This document shows positions 1 to 11,146 of a DNA stretch of 64,000 bases, in pieces. Numbering within the stretch: the first letter of the stretch is position 1; each line of letters starts with the position of its first letter. Origin of the DNA: an uncultured delta proteobacterium (GTDB lineage Bacteria; Desulfobacterota; BSN033; UBA1163); contig CAWHBU010000002.1 of the NCBI GenBank assembly GCA_963827685.1, forward strand, positions 128,001 through 192,000, given 5' to 3'. The notes under the pieces were generated by a model. It searched no databases and was not told the origin of the DNA. It worked only from the letters and a program-made list of their open reading frames with translations. A program made the position numbers and the translations under genes.

Positions 1-714
1 ATCATTTATTATCTCAGCCCCTGCTTCAATCGCTCTTTGTGCCACCGTCGATTTATAGGTATCTATCGAGATGGGTACATCTGTTTCCTTGACAATAGAT
101 TCGATGACAGGAATGACCCGGCGAAGTTCCTCTTCTAATTCAATAGGTTTTGAACCTGGCCTGGTTGACTCCCCTCCAATATCTATGATATCTGCCCCCT
201 CCTCAACCATCCTCAATCCATGAGAAATAGCCTTGTCCTTATCATAAAAGAGGCCGCCGTCAGAAAAAGAATCTGGGGTGACATTGAGAATTCCCATCAG
301 AAGAGTTCTTTTTCCCAGTGTCAATGTCCGCTTTCGGCAGTGTATGGAGTATTGGGTTTTAGAAACGTTCTTAAGCGTTTCTTTTATGGACTGACCAAGG
401 AAGTCGAGGTCCGGATATTGTTCCAATTTGGGAATCAGTTTTTCGAAATGTTTTTGGGTCCCCATGAGGAGGGCATCCGTCTGTCTGGTACTACAATCGA
501 GCCCCCTTCCATCCACAGCAACATCCCCGCCCAGGGAGAGCATTTCTTGTTTGAGGAGATTAGCCGTTCGAGGTTCGATTCCTTCTACCTTGAGATTGAA
601 ATGGAGAGTTTTCGCTTCCATCAACTTGACGCCGGTGGGGTCCACTCCCATCTTCTTCATTTGATGGATGGCTTCGTTCGCACTTGTAATGTGAAGGCAT
701 CGAATCAGATTCAT
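1..714 (-). CDS. folP: Dihydropteroate synthase with N-terminal extension (partial, runs off the window)
   Basis: Not in the ORF track. Manual translation from ATG 714 gives MNLIRCLHITS...LMGILNVTPDSFSDGG...GADIIDIGGESTRPG...ISIDTYK, which are DHPS motifs. Classic ftsH-folP order. Confidence 0.95.
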   Translation of the reverse strand, partial: MNLIRCLHITSANEAIHQMKKMGVDPTGVKLMEAKTLHFNLKVEGIEPRTANLLKQEMLSLGGDVAVDGRGLDCSTRQTDALLMGTQKHFEKLIPKLEQYPDLDFLGQSIKETLKNVSKTQYSIHCRKRTLTLGKRTLLMGILNVTPDSFSDGGLFYDKDKAISHGLRMVEEGADIIDIGGESTRPGSKPIELEEELRRVIPVIESIVKETDVPISIDTYKSTVAQRAIEAGAEIIND

Positions 715-719
715 CTCGC

Positions 720-2510
720 CTAAACATTCTCACCCTTTACAATGGCTTCGATCTGGTTTCCATCGAGGACCTCTTTTTCAAGAAGAGTATTTGCCAATTT
801 ATGAAGTATGGCCATATTCGTCTGGATAATCTCTCTGGCTCTTTCATGACCCTGGGTCACAATGTCCCTGATTTCATTATCGATCAACCGAGCCGTGTCT
901 TCACTATAATCTCGGTGCTTAGCAAACTCTCTTCCCAAGAAGATCTGTTCTTCTTTTTTACCGTAGGCCAAGGGCCCAAGATTATCGCTCATTCCCCATT
1001 CACAAACCATTTTTCTGGCAATCTCTGTAGAACGTTCGATGTCATTCCCTGCACCAGTGGTTTGACTGTTCAACACCAATTCTTCTGCTACCCTTCCTCC
1101 CATCATGACGGCAATATTGTTCAGCAAGTAGTCTTTTGGATAGGTATGCTTTTCATCTATCGGGAGCTGTTGAGTGATTCCAAGGGCGCGTCCTCTTGGG
1201 ATAATCGTTACTTTATGAATAGGGTCTGTTCCAGGAATCATTTTAGCCACCAAGGTATGGCCTGCCTCGTGAAAAGCGGTAATTCTTCGCTCTTCCAGAG
1301 GTATGATCATAGATTTTCGTTCCACACCCATGAGGACTTTATCTTTGGCCTGGTCCAAGTCAGCCATCTCGACCCGTTCTTTTCCCAATCGAGCGGCCAG
1401 CAAAGCGGCTTCGTTCACAAGGTTCTCCAGATCCGCTCCAGTAAATCCAGGAGTTCCTCTGGCCAGGAGTGCAAGATTGACGTCCTCCGCTAACGGTGTC
1501 TTGTTGGAGTGGACCTTCAGAATCTCCTCTCTTCCCTTTACATCGGGGACAGGCACAACCACTTGACGGTCAAAACGACCTGGCCTGAGAAGGGCTGGGT
1601 CTAAAACATCCGGGCGGTTGGTGGCCGCAATCAAGATGACCCCTTCGTTCGATTCAAAACCATCCATTTCAACAAGCAATTGATTTAGAGTCTGCTCTCG
1701 CTCATCATGTCCCCCACCCAAGCCTGCTCCTCGGTGTCTTCCAACGGCATCGATTTCGTCGATGAAGATGATACAAGGAGCATTGCGTTTTCCTTGAAGG
1801 AAGAGATCACGTACTCGGGAAGCCCCAACTCCCACAAACATCTCAACGAAGTCAGAACCACTGATGCTGAAGAAGGGAACGTCCGCTTCACCTGCAATCG
1901 CCCGAGCCAGAAGTGTTTTACCCGTTCCAGGGGCACCGATGAGAAGAACTCCTTTGGGGATCCTTCCCCCAAGCTTTGTAAATCTTTTGGGGTCCCTGAG
2001 AAAATCAATGATTTCCTCCAGTTCATTTTTTGCTTCTTCAATTCCTGCGACGCTCTCGAAGGTGATCTGATGGAGTTCCTTAGTCAGAATCTTGGCTTTG
2101 CTCTTTCCGAACGAGAGAGCCTTTCCACCACCGACCTGCATTTGCCTCATGAAAAAAAGCCAAACACCAATCAGGAGGAGAATTGGAGCCAAAGTGATGA
2201 TGATTTGCAGAAGCGAAGTGTCGCTTTCTTTCTTTGCATTGATGATCACTCCCTTTTCCCTGAGAATTTTAATCATTTCAGGGTCTTCAGGGGCGTAGGT
2301 CTTAAAACGTTTGCCATCTTTATCTTTCCAGACCAAGTTTCTGCCCAGGGCCTCTACCTCCTGAACCCGGTTGTTCTCCACAGCAGAGATGAATTCTGAA
2401 TAATTTTTTTCTGAGGCTGTTTGCCGGGGTTTACTGAAAAGGTTGAAAAGGAGGACCATTACAATGATAATAATTGTCCAGAAAAGAAGATTTTTATAAA
2501 GAGAACTCAA
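720..2510 (-). CDS. ftsH: ATP-dependent zinc metalloprotease FtsH
   Basis: Two TM segments, Walker A GAPGTGKT, Walker [36 protein letters not shown]. Probable TTG start at 2510 after GGAGG. Confidence 0.97.
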   Translation of the reverse strand: MSSLYKNLLFWTIIIIVMVLLFNLFSKPRQTASEKNYSEFISAVENNRVQEVEALGRNLVWKDKDGKRFKTYAPEDPEMIKILREKGVIINAKKESDTSLLQIIITLAPILLLIGVWLFFMRQMQVGGGKALSFGKSKAKILTKELHQITFESVAGIEEAKNELEEIIDFLRDPKRFTKLGGRIPKGVLLIGAPGTGKTLLARAIAGEADVPFFSISGSDFVEMFVGVGASRVRDLFLQGKRNAPCIIFIDEIDAVGRHRGAGLGGGHDEREQTLNQLLVEMDGFESNEGVILIAATNRPDVLDPALLRPGRFDRQVVVPVPDVKGREEILKVHSNKTPLAEDVNLALLARGTPGFTGADLENLVNEAALLAARLGKERVEMADLDQAKDKVLMGVERKSMIIPLEERRITAFHEAGHTLVAKMIPGTDPIHKVTIIPRGRALGITQQLPIDEKHTYPKDYLLNNIAVMMGGRVAEELVLNSQTTGAGNDIERSTEIARKMVCEWGMSDNLGPLAYGKKEEQIFLGREFAKHRDYSEDTARLIDNEIRDIVTQGHERAREIIQTNMAILHKLANTLLEKEVLDGNQIEAIVKGENV

Positions 2511-2732
2511 AAATTTTCCTCCGACACTGCTAAATTTCAAATCAGATTAACATAATGTTTCTTTTATTTCAATATCATGCATTTATGTGGCAGATAGTGA
2601 GGCAGAATAGATAGGCCATTCTATAATATTCTAACCTATTGAAATAATTTAAGAAATATTTTATGGAAAGAGGGAATCCCTTTTTTCTTGGAAAAAAGGT
2701 AGAAAGACTGCAGGGTTATGAGTAACTAGCTA

Positions 2733-3837
2733 TTGAGTTTCGCATAAATAATGGAACGCTACTCTCTAGTCCATGGGAGATCAGAAGCATAGATGCATGA
2801 CCGGAGGAGTTTCTGTGATTGCCTGAGTCTTCGTCTCGAGTTTCGAAGCATTTTCTTAAGATCATTTAGACTTTCCGGTACACTGTTGGACAAGGCACGG
2901 TCAGTCTGGTTCCAAACATACTCAGCCGGATTAAGCTCGGGAGCATAGGCCGGAAAGTATTCCATATGAATTCTAGGGTGCCGAAGAAGAAACTGTTTAA
3001 CTTCCTTTCGCCGGTGGATGGTGGCTCGATCCCACAACAGGAACATGGGTCCCCTGATATGTTGGAGCAGTTCTTTAAGAAAAGACCGAACATCCAGACC
3101 GGTGAGGTTCCATGCCCGAAATCGGAGATAAAGGGCCAACCGCTTTCGTTTCGGGGAGACCGACAAAGCACTGATAGAGGAAATCCTATCCTGTTTGTAC
3201 AGGTGGTAGAAGACAGGGGTTTTCCCTTTTGGAGCCCAGGTGCGGCGAATGTTTGGAATGAGTAAGAAGCCAGACTCATCAAGAAAGACCAGCTGGGCCC
3301 CAAGTCTTTTGGCGTTTTTTTATATGCGGCCACCGGTGAACCTTCCAATGTACGATCTCTTTGTCGTCCCTTTGTAACGCCCGACGCTCTGGTTTCTGAC
3401 AACTCCATCCCATGCCCTGAAGCAACCGCCACACATGATTGGGGTGATACCGGATACGAAAGTGTTTCAGAATGGTTTGAGCGATCCGCTTCAATGTCCA
3501 CAGATCGGTCCGATATCCTGCGGCCAGAGGACCCGCCAAAAGCAGTTCCGCTAACTTCTCTTTCTCGATTCGAGACAGCTTCGGAGGACGTCCTGGAATG
3601 GCCTTCGAGCGAAGGGCCTCCGATCCGCCTTCTTGGTACTGTTGAAACCATCGGAAGACTGAGCTTTTTGATGCCCCCACCGAACGCGCTATGGCCGAAA
3701 GACTGGCCTTGCCTTCTTTCAACAACGAAATGGCGCCTCGACGGCGCTTCTCCAGTTCCTCTTGGGATCCATGGGGTCTCATGCCCCATATTATAGCAGA
3801 AAAAGTTAAAACGTTCCATTATTTATGCGAAATTCAA
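2733..3837 (-). mobile_element. IS630-family insertion sequence (about 1.1 kb)
   Basis: 26-bp terminal inverted repeats (2733-2758 TTGAGTTTCGCATAAATAATGGAACG and 3812-3837, one mismatch), flanked by TA on both sides. Encodes a split HTH + DDE transposase. Confidence 0.93.
2759..3782 (-). CDS. IS630 transposase in two frames: OrfA (HTH, 3279-3782) and OrfB (DDE), joined at an A7 run near 3315-3321
   Basis: OrfA has GRPPKL, WTL and QKPERRALQRD. The +1 frame after ATA-AAA-AAA reads NAKRLGAQLVFLDESG...LLWDRATIH...PAYAPELNPAEYVW. Confidence 0.9.
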
Positions 3838-4020
3838 TAATATTAAATGCCAAAGCTCAGATTTTGAAACAAAAGCTGAGGCTGACGTTAGAGTTAATAA
3901 GATTAAATTCCAAACTCTAGCCTGAGTCTTGGCATTCATTTGACATTTGCCTGGCTGCCCTGCCTACCGCAGGACAGGCGCAGGCAGGAATTTTGGCATT
4001 TGAAATTTAAGGAATAGATT

Positions 4021-4250
4021 ATGTCGACTGAACTATTAAAGCAATGTCCTCTTTTTGCTGGGTTGAAAGAAGAAGACCTGAAAGAGATTAGGGGCATTGC
4101 TTTACTCAAGCAGGTTGGGAAAAAGAAAGTTCTCTTTTCCGATGTGGAAGAGGCAAAGGGATTCTATGTCATCCTTTCGGATAAGGTAAAGCTCTATAAG
4201 ATTTCACCGGAGGGCAAGGAACAGATTCTTCCTGTGGTCTCGCCACCGGC
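4021..4250 (+). pseudogene. Truncated Crp/Fnr-family regulator (N-terminal cNMP-binding fragment only)
   Basis: LKQCPLFAGL...GFYVILSDKVKLYKISPEGKEQIL is typical of Crp/Fnr N-termini. Similarity stops after about 75 aa, conserved Gly positions are substituted, and there is no HTH. Confidence 0.75.
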
Positions 4251-4350
4251 TGCCTTGGTGTCAGCGATGTCAGGCATCGGTAATAAGGTACCAACACAAA
4301 AGGATTTCTGTAAAAACCAAACCCTCTCGACCTTTTGTTACTGCAGGGAT

Positions 4351-6087
4351 TCAGAAGTTCCGATATTTGTTGGTGACCGGCAGTCTCCGATCTTTACCTA
4401 AGGCGCGGTGGGTGATTTTAACACCTGGTGGGCTTTGTCTTCGTTTATATTCGTTCCGGTCAACCATATTTATCACGTCTCTAATCAAACTCTCTTTAAA
4501 TCCCATCTTTGCAATATCTTCAAGCCCCTTGTCCTCCTCGACATAGGCTTGGAGAATTGGATCAAGGACAGGGTAGGGGGGAAGGGAGTCTTCATCTCTT
4601 TGATTCGGCCTCAATTCCGCTGAGGGGGGTTTCACGAAAACATTTTTGGGGATAATCGCCTTTTCTTCCTTTCTATTTCTGAACTTTGTTAATTCGTAAA
4701 CCAAAGTCTTGGGGACATCTTTCAGGACGGCATATCCTCCTGCCATGTCTCCGTAAAGTGTACAATATCCCACGCTCATCTCACTCTTGTTTCCAGTGGT
4801 CAGAACGAGCCACCCAAATTTATTGGAGAGGGCCATGAGGATGTTACCTCGAATGCGGGCTTGAATATTTTCTTCTGTCACATCAGGCTTCAAACCTTTA
4901 AAAGACGGGGAGAGGGTCTTTAAATAGGCCTGAAATATCTCCGTGATCGGAATCTTGATGAGACGGATGCCAAGGTTTTTTGCCAGAAGTTCGGAGTCCT
5001 CTATGGATCCTCTGGAAGAATACCGAGAGGGCATGGTTACCCCAACCACTCCTTTCTTCCCCAACGCATCCACAGCGATGGCTGCGGTCAAAGCCGAATC
5101 AATCCCTCCGCTCAGACCGATTAGAACCCTTTGGAATCCATTTTTCCGAATATAGTCTCCTGTTCCAAGAACCAAAGCAGTATAGATCTCAGCGAGACGA
5201 TCTAATGGTTTCGAATCCCTTTTGGGAATAGCAGGTCTTTTCCTATTTGAACGAATTTGATTTGGAAGCTCAATCTTCCTCAAACCTTTCTCCTCTTCCG
5301 ACAATCTCTCTCTCCGGATTCGGGGATCGTGAAGCCGCATTCGAAAAACCGCTTCCATATCGAGGTCTGCCAGAACCAAGTCCTCCTCAAATTGTTTCCC
5401 TCGAATGATCACCTCCCCTCTTTGATCGATGATCAGACTTCCGCCGTCGAAAACCAATTCGTCCTGGCCGCCTACCAGGTTGCAATACGCGACGGTTGCT
5501 AAATTGTCGGAGGCCCTGGTCGAGATCATCTTCTCTCGGAATACGGATTTTCCTGCATGGTAGGGTGAGGAAGAGATGTTGATGATCAGTTCCGCTCCTC
5601 CATATAAGGTTTGAGTACGGATGGGATCTCCAGGATACCAGAGGTCTTCACAGATACTCAGACCAATGGGAGTAGATTTGAGGGTAAAAATAAAATTTTC
5701 CTTTCCTGTTTGAAAATATCGGTCCTCGTCGAAGACCCCGTAATTCGGGAGATAGACTTTAGAGTAGACATCGATCAACTTCCCATCGTGAAGGAGAGCT
5801 GCAGAATTGAAGATATCCCCATCCCGATTCACAAAACCGACAACGGCGGTAATGGATGAGGCAGCTTTGGCGATTCTTTTAACAGCTTTCAAATTGGCAT
5901 CAATGAACTTCGGCATGAGCAAAAGGTCTTCGGGGGGATAGCCGGTGATCGCCATCTCAGGGAAAACCAGAAGATCTGCATCCATCTTCTTCCCTTTTGC
6001 TATGTAATCAAGGATCTTCTTTGCATTTCCTTCGATGTCACCTACCATCGTGTTGATCTGGCAGAGCCCAATTCTGAGTGTCCGCAT
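4351..6087 (-). CDS. nadE: Glutamine-dependent NAD+ synthetase
   Basis: Nitrilase-fold domain (FPEM, K..LPNYGVFDEDRYF, ICEDLW) plus synthetase domain (GLSGGIDS, ENIQARIR, GNKSE, PSAEL). Confidence 0.97.
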   Translation of the reverse strand: MRTLRIGLCQINTMVGDIEGNAKKILDYIAKGKKMDADLLVFPEMAITGYPPEDLLLMPKFIDANLKAVKRIAKAASSITAVVGFVNRDGDIFNSAALLHDGKLIDVYSKVYLPNYGVFDEDRYFQTGKENFIFTLKSTPIGLSICEDLWYPGDPIRTQTLYGGAELIINISSSPYHAGKSVFREKMISTRASDNLATVAYCNLVGGQDELVFDGGSLIIDQRGEVIIRGKQFEEDLVLADLDMEAVFRMRLHDPRIRRERLSEEEKGLRKIELPNQIRSNRKRPAIPKRDSKPLDRLAEIYTALVLGTGDYIRKNGFQRVLIGLSGGIDSALTAAIAVDALGKKGVVGVTMPSRYSSRGSIEDSELLAKNLGIRLIKIPITEIFQAYLKTLSPSFKGLKPDVTEENIQARIRGNILMALSNKFGWLVLTTGNKSEMSVGYCTLYGDMAGGYAVLKDVPKTLVYELTKFRNRKEEKAIIPKNVFVKPPSAELRPNQRDEDSLPPYPVLDPILQAYVEEDKGLEDIAKMGFKESLIRDVINMVDRNEYKRRQSPPGVKITHRALGKDRRLPVTNKYRNF

Positions 6088-6108
6088 CGTTCACCCCCCA
6101 ACTGAATA

Positions 6109-6220
6109 AGTTCGGCGTGTTTAGTTCGGAGTTCGGAGTCAAAAAGGAAGACGCCACCCAAGAATTAGAAGTCATGATTTTATGTGTTTGCTCCGAACCC
6201 TGAACTCCGAACTCATAACT
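6109..6220. repeat. Inverted heptamer tandem arrays (AGTTCGG)n...(ACTCCGA)n
   Basis: Read directly; lies between the response regulator and nadE. Confidence 0.8.
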
Positions 6221-6221
6221 T

Positions 6222-7661
6222 TTAACTCTCTTCTTCCGAGATCAGCACATCTTTTTTGATGTGATACCTCTCCATCTTGCTGCGCAGCGTACTCCGGTTG
6301 ATTCCAAGAAGCAGGGCGGCCTGGACCTGATTCCCCTTGGTTCTTTGAAGGGCGCGGAGGATCAAACCTCTTTCCAAGCTGGAAATCATGTCCATATCCT
6401 GTGAGGTCGTCGGGGCATTTGAGAACTCTTCGAAGAGGGCGTCGAGGAGATCCTCAACATTTTTTTTCTTCAATTCCTCCTCAGCTTCTCGCTTCTCCAA
6501 GCCTTTTTCAAAAAGGAGTTGGTCTTCAAGAATCCATTCTCCTTGGCAGAGCACCATCGCCCTTTTCAGGACATTCTCCAATTGTCGAACGTTCCCAGGC
6601 CATCCATAGGAAGTAATTTTTTCCATGGCCGAAGGAGTTATTCCAACAATCCCCCTCTTCAATTCCGTGTTAAACTTTTTTAGGAAGTAGGAAACCAGTT
6701 CAGGGATATCCTCTTTCCTCTCCCTGAGGGGTGGAATTGTAATAGAGACCACATTGAGTCGGTAATAGAGGTCTTCCCTAAACTTTCCATTTGAAATGGC
6801 TTCCTCTAATTCTTTATTCGTTGCGACGATGAGCCGGATGTCCACCTTGATCGTCTCCATTCCACCCAGCCTTTCAAAGCTTTTCTCTTGGAGGACTCTC
6901 AATAATTTGGCTTGAGTGGAGAGGGACATATCACCGATCTCATCCAGAAAGATCGTCCCACCTTGACACTGTTCCAGTTTTCCAATGCGGCGAGAAGCAG
7001 CTCCGGTAAAAGATCCTTTCTCATGACCGAAGAGTTCGCTCTCAAGAAGGGTATCGGGAATGGCCGCACAATTGACCGGAAGAAAAGGTTGACTCGAACG
7101 GAGGCTATGATGATAGATCGCCCGGGCAACCAGTTCTTTGCCTGTCCCACTTTCACCTCTGAGGAGCACCGTAATATCGCTCGGGGCGACCTGGCCAATC
7201 ATTTTATAGATCTCCTGCATCTTGAGAGAAGATCCGACGATCCGTTCCTCCTCTCCCTCTGTATCAGCCAGAGGAGCATAGACGACTTCCTCTTTCATCA
7301 GTTTTCGCAATGTGAGGGCCTTTTCAACCAGCGCTTTCATCTGCGGAATAGGAAAAGGTTTTAGGATATAGTCGAAAGCCCCGTACTTCATGGCTTCGAT
7401 AGCGGTCTCGGTGGTCCCATAGGCCGTCATGATGATGACCAGAGATTTAGGATCGATCGATTTAATCTCCTTCAGTACATCAATTCCGTTTCGACCCGGC
7501 ATCTTAATATCCATGATGATGAGGTCAGGAGAGCTTTCTTTCACCCGATCCAATGCTTCTTCCCCATTCTGGGCGGTGAGGATGGAATATTTTCCCTCCA
7601 TCATCCGTTTCAGAGAGTATCGGATCGATTTGTCATCATCGACGATCAGGATGGTTTGCAT
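6222..7661 (-). CDS. Sigma-54-dependent response regulator (NtrC/AtoC-like: REC, AAA+, Fis-type HTH)
   Basis: ILIVDDD, MDIKMPG, GESGTGKE, ESELFGHEKGSFTGA, FLDEIGD, WPGNVRQL, GNQVQAALLLGINRSTL. Confidence 0.95.
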   Translation of the reverse strand: MQTILIVDDDKSIRYSLKRMMEGKYSILTAQNGEEALDRVKESSPDLIIMDIKMPGRNGIDVLKEIKSIDPKSLVIIMTAYGTTETAIEAMKYGAFDYILKPFPIPQMKALVEKALTLRKLMKEEVVYAPLADTEGEEERIVGSSLKMQEIYKMIGQVAPSDITVLLRGESGTGKELVARAIYHHSLRSSQPFLPVNCAAIPDTLLESELFGHEKGSFTGAASRRIGKLEQCQGGTIFLDEIGDMSLSTQAKLLRVLQEKSFERLGGMETIKVDIRLIVATNKELEEAISNGKFREDLYYRLNVVSITIPPLRERKEDIPELVSYFLKKFNTELKRGIVGITPSAMEKITSYGWPGNVRQLENVLKRAMVLCQGEWILEDQLLFEKGLEKREAEEELKKKNVEDLLDALFEEFSNAPTTSQDMDMISSLERGLILRALQRTKGNQVQAALLLGINRSTLRSKMERYHIKKDVLISEEES

Positions 7662-7671
7662 CTTCTTCCTC

Positions 7672-9390
7672 TCATGAAATAGGGAGCCAAACCGTAAAGA
7701 GAGTTCCCTTCCCTGAGGCGCTTTCCACCTCAATTTTTCCATGGTGTTGATCAATGATTCGATGGGCGATGGAGAGGCCGAGGCCAATCCCGCCTTCCTT
7801 TGTAGAGAAGAAGGGGTCGAAGAGTTTATTCATATCTTCACTGGGAATACCGATTCCAGAGTCCTGAATGGAAAGTATTATCCAACGACTATTCTCTGAA
7901 ACCTGTCCCCTCAATGTCAAGTTGCCACCCTTTGGCATCGCTTGAACAGCATTTAATAAGAGGTTGAGAATGACCTGTTTCATCTGTTCACGGTCCACCA
8001 GAATAGGGGGCAAGATTTGGAATTCTTTTCGAACGTTGATTTGATGTTTCTCCATTTGAGGTCGAAGCAATTGAAGGGTCTCTTCAAAAAAGGAGAGGAC
8101 ATCCGCTTTTTCTAAAAGGGGAGGTGCCGGTTTGGCGAATCGAAGGAATTGGTCCACGATCTCATTGATCCGACGGATTTCCTCCTCGATGACTTTGAGA
8201 TCCTCACGATGGGCGCTTTCCGAAGGAAAATTCTCTGTCAAGGAATGAATGAGGATATTGATACTGGTGAGGGGATTTCGAATTTCATGAGCGATGCCTG
8301 CGGCCAATTGCCCTAAGGCAGCTAATTTCTCAGACCGAATCAATTGAGCCTCCGTCTTTCTGAGATCGGCGGTGGTCTTTTGAATCTTTTCTTCCATCTG
8401 CTGGCTGAAGGTCTTAAGTTCCTGATACATGAAGGCGTTGTAGATGGCCAAACCTGCTTGCTGCGCAAAAGCCATCACCGATTCGAGAGTCTCTTTGGTA
8501 ATGCTTTTATTGGGCTCGAGAAAGTCTGCGGCAATGGCTCCCAAAGCCTTTTCCTTCGCCAACAGGGGGACCACTAACAGAGAGTGAAGATTAAATTTTT
8601 CTCTTAAGAAGGGGTTGATCCTTGGATCTTGTCTTGCATCTGGGATGATGAAAGGTTTTCGCTCAAAAACCGATCTGGCCACAACACTGTCCTCTGGGTC
8701 TAAACGCAGCGCAATCCCTTTAATCTTGTCCTCGTCAATCCCTACAGCCATTTTGCATTCAAGAAAATTCCTCTTTTCGTTAATCAGATAGAGACGGGCG
8801 CGGTCAAACCCAATATTTTTTGTCACTCCTCCTAAAACCAGTCTGAGAATCTCTTCAACATCGAGGGTCCCCATCAAACCAGAATTATCAATACAGATAG
8901 CCGCCTGATTGGCAACCGTCGTGAGAATTTCCTCTTCGCTCTTCGAGAAGGAGTGGGGATAGGAGGTATAGCAATTGATCACGCCAATCACTCTGTCCTT
9001 AATGCACATGGGGACACTGAGCATGGAGACCAAGCCCTCCTTCTTGGCCAACTCTTTTTCTTTATAAAGAGGTTCTTTCAGAACATGAAGAATGGCCATG
9101 GGTTGATTTCGAAGGGCTACTTGGCCGACCACTCCTTCTCCTATAGCGAGACTTCGCTCCTTCAAATATTCTTCGCTGATGCTCTGGGTGGCCTTCAGCT
9201 TCAGCTTTTGATCTCTGTCATCGAAAATCCAAAGGGAACAGATCTTCGAGGCCATCAAATTGGCAGTGACCGTGACGATCAGTCGCAGGACATCTTCAAG
9301 GTAGAGACCGGAGGCAATGGCTTTGCTGATCTCCAGCAGGGCATTGATTTCTTTGGCATCGAGATTTCTTTTTCCTTTGGATAACTCCAT
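7672..9390 (-). CDS. Cytoplasmic GAF-GAF sensor histidine kinase
   Basis: Two GAF domains, coiled coil, H-box AHEIRNPL, N-box NLLLNA, DSGIGI, FDPFFSTK, GIGLGL. No TM segment. Start assigned from the GGAGAGG RBS. Confidence 0.93.
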   Translation of the reverse strand: MELSKGKRNLDAKEINALLEISKAIASGLYLEDVLRLIVTVTANLMASKICSLWIFDDRDQKLKLKATQSISEEYLKERSLAIGEGVVGQVALRNQPMAILHVLKEPLYKEKELAKKEGLVSMLSVPMCIKDRVIGVINCYTSYPHSFSKSEEEILTTVANQAAICIDNSGLMGTLDVEEILRLVLGGVTKNIGFDRARLYLINEKRNFLECKMAVGIDEDKIKGIALRLDPEDSVVARSVFERKPFIIPDARQDPRINPFLREKFNLHSLLVVPLLAKEKALGAIAADFLEPNKSITKETLESVMAFAQQAGLAIYNAFMYQELKTFSQQMEEKIQKTTADLRKTEAQLIRSEKLAALGQLAAGIAHEIRNPLTSINILIHSLTENFPSESAHREDLKVIEEEIRRINEIVDQFLRFAKPAPPLLEKADVLSFFEETLQLLRPQMEKHQINVRKEFQILPPILVDREQMKQVILNLLLNAVQAMPKGGNLTLRGQVSENSRWIILSIQDSGIGIPSEDMNKLFDPFFSTKEGGIGLGLSIAHRIIDQHHGKIEVESASGKGTLFTVWLPIS

Positions 9391-9498
9391 CTTCCTCTCC
9401 ATCATCCGCTCCCTTGAGGAACAGATAGGTGTGGGAATTTTATCTATCATAAACGAAAACCTATCTTTTGGAAAGTAAATTACCAAATCTTGGGGAAT

Positions 9499-9536
9499 AA
9501 AAAAGGGGATACCGGGTATCCCCGATATCCCCTTTT
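9499..9536 (-). terminator. Intrinsic terminator after the glutamate-synthase-family gene
   Basis: Minus strand AAAAGGGGATATCGGGGATACCCGGTATCCCCTTTTTT: a long GC stem followed by a U-tract. Confidence 0.85.
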
Positions 9537-9551
9537 GATCAACCATTCTGC

Positions 9552-11118
9552 TTAGCCAAGGATCTTATCCACTTCCTCTTGATCAGAATCCATCACATAG
9601 GGGATCCCGGAGATCTCAGCGGCCTTCCGGGTCAAGGCGCAGATGTCATTCCTCGAAATATATTTCAAGGCAAATTTTCTGGCTCCGGCCATCATCTGTT
9701 GAAGTCCTGCATTCAGACGATCAAAATAGGTGACCATTCCAATCGTCCCTGCAGGGATGCGTTCAAAGTCCTTCCCATATTTATCCTTCAGTTTAGCGGC
9801 CAAAATGAAGATGTGTTCCACATCGGTCCCAAATTTGGCTACATCCGCAGGGACTTTGCCTTTTTTGACCATCTCACCGATCGTATTTCCCACCATGGCA
9901 GCGGTCATCGAAGCTCGACCCAGGCAGATGGCTTTAATATAAGGAGCAGCCAGGGCGATGGCTTTGAAGATATGATCCTCTAGAGAACCCCCCTGCCATG
10001 GCACAAGCGGGGATGAACGCACCTTTTTGATCTAAGCGTTTCAGATATTGGTAGAGGAGACTTTCAAGGTACACCGTGGGGACTCCCCATTCGTTCATCA
10101 TCCGCCAGGGGCTCATCCCTGTTCCTCCTCCAGCACCATCCACAGTGAGAAGGTCGATCTTGGCATCCGAGGCATATTTGACGGCTCGGGCCAGATCCGC
10201 AGGCCGATAAGCTCCGGTTTTGAGTGAGACATATTTGGCTCCGATCTTTTTCAGACGCTCCACTTCCTTACGGAATCCCTCCTCATCCACCATACCCAGC
10301 CTGGAATGGCGTTCGAATTCTTTAAAATCTCCCTGTTTGAAAGCTTCCTGGATCACATGATCTTCAGGATCGGGGAGGACGATATAGCCCCGGCTCTTTA
10401 ATTGCAGCGCCCTCTCCAAGGTCGGGAGCTTGACTTCACCACCGATGTCTTTGGCCCCTTGTCCCCATTTCGGTTCGATAATCTGGACGCCCAACTTCTC
10501 TACGACATATTCCGGAACGCCGAGGCGTCCGTCTTCCACATTATATTGAACGACGATTCCCCCATACCCGTCATACCATTGCTGGAATGTCTTGACACGG
10601 CGTTCCATCTCTGGAGATCTGACCACGTGGCTATTCTTAAATTCAGACTTGGGATCCATACCACAGACATTTTCCCCTACGACAACCAGGGTTCCGGAGA
10701 TGGCTGCTGCAATCGCCATCGCTTCCCAATGAATCCGCGCGATATCGGTTGAACCTAAAGCGCCTGTAAAGTATGGGACCTTCAATTTAATCTTTTCTCT
10801 CGACCCAACTTCTGTTGACACGTCTACAGCCGGAAAGGTCGCACGGTCTGAATCGGCCGAGATACCGACCGCGCCCACACAAGTCCCCTGAATATTAAAA
10901 TGGGAATAATCGATGGGATAATCTTTCTCAGATCCTGCGGTCACCTTGGAAAACGGCTGGGGGTAGAGAATTTCCCTTCCTCTTAAGGCGGAACGACCCA
11001 CTTCACAAGGGCCTGGACACCCGTCCAGACAGGTCACACAAATCCCTGATATGGGAGCGGGTTCTACCCGATTTCGAGTAAAGGTCGCCGGACTACGATT
11101 TGGTTTGGTGAATGTCAT
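9552..11118 (-). pseudogene. Stand-alone FMN-binding glutamate synthase family protein (GltB2-like), frameshifted near 9981-9993
   Basis: N-terminal CxxCxxxCxxxC, KWGQGAKDIGGE, LKTGAYR, DGAGGGTGMSPWRMM. The frame changes between MAGGFS and LEDHIFKA. Could be a sequencing error rather than a real lesion. Confidence 0.8.
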
Positions 11119-11146
11119 ACTCCCCCTCCTTCTTAAGATGATTAAC

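Noticed and set aside
300-714. N-terminal extension of FolP as a novelty
   Set aside because: Extended FolP of this kind is, to my knowledge, common in anaerobes.
220-2399. Long plus-strand ORFs (167 aa and two of 230 aa) over folP/ftsH, and similar antisense ORFs elsewhere
   Set aside because: Antisense shadows of well-conserved genes, with no motifs.
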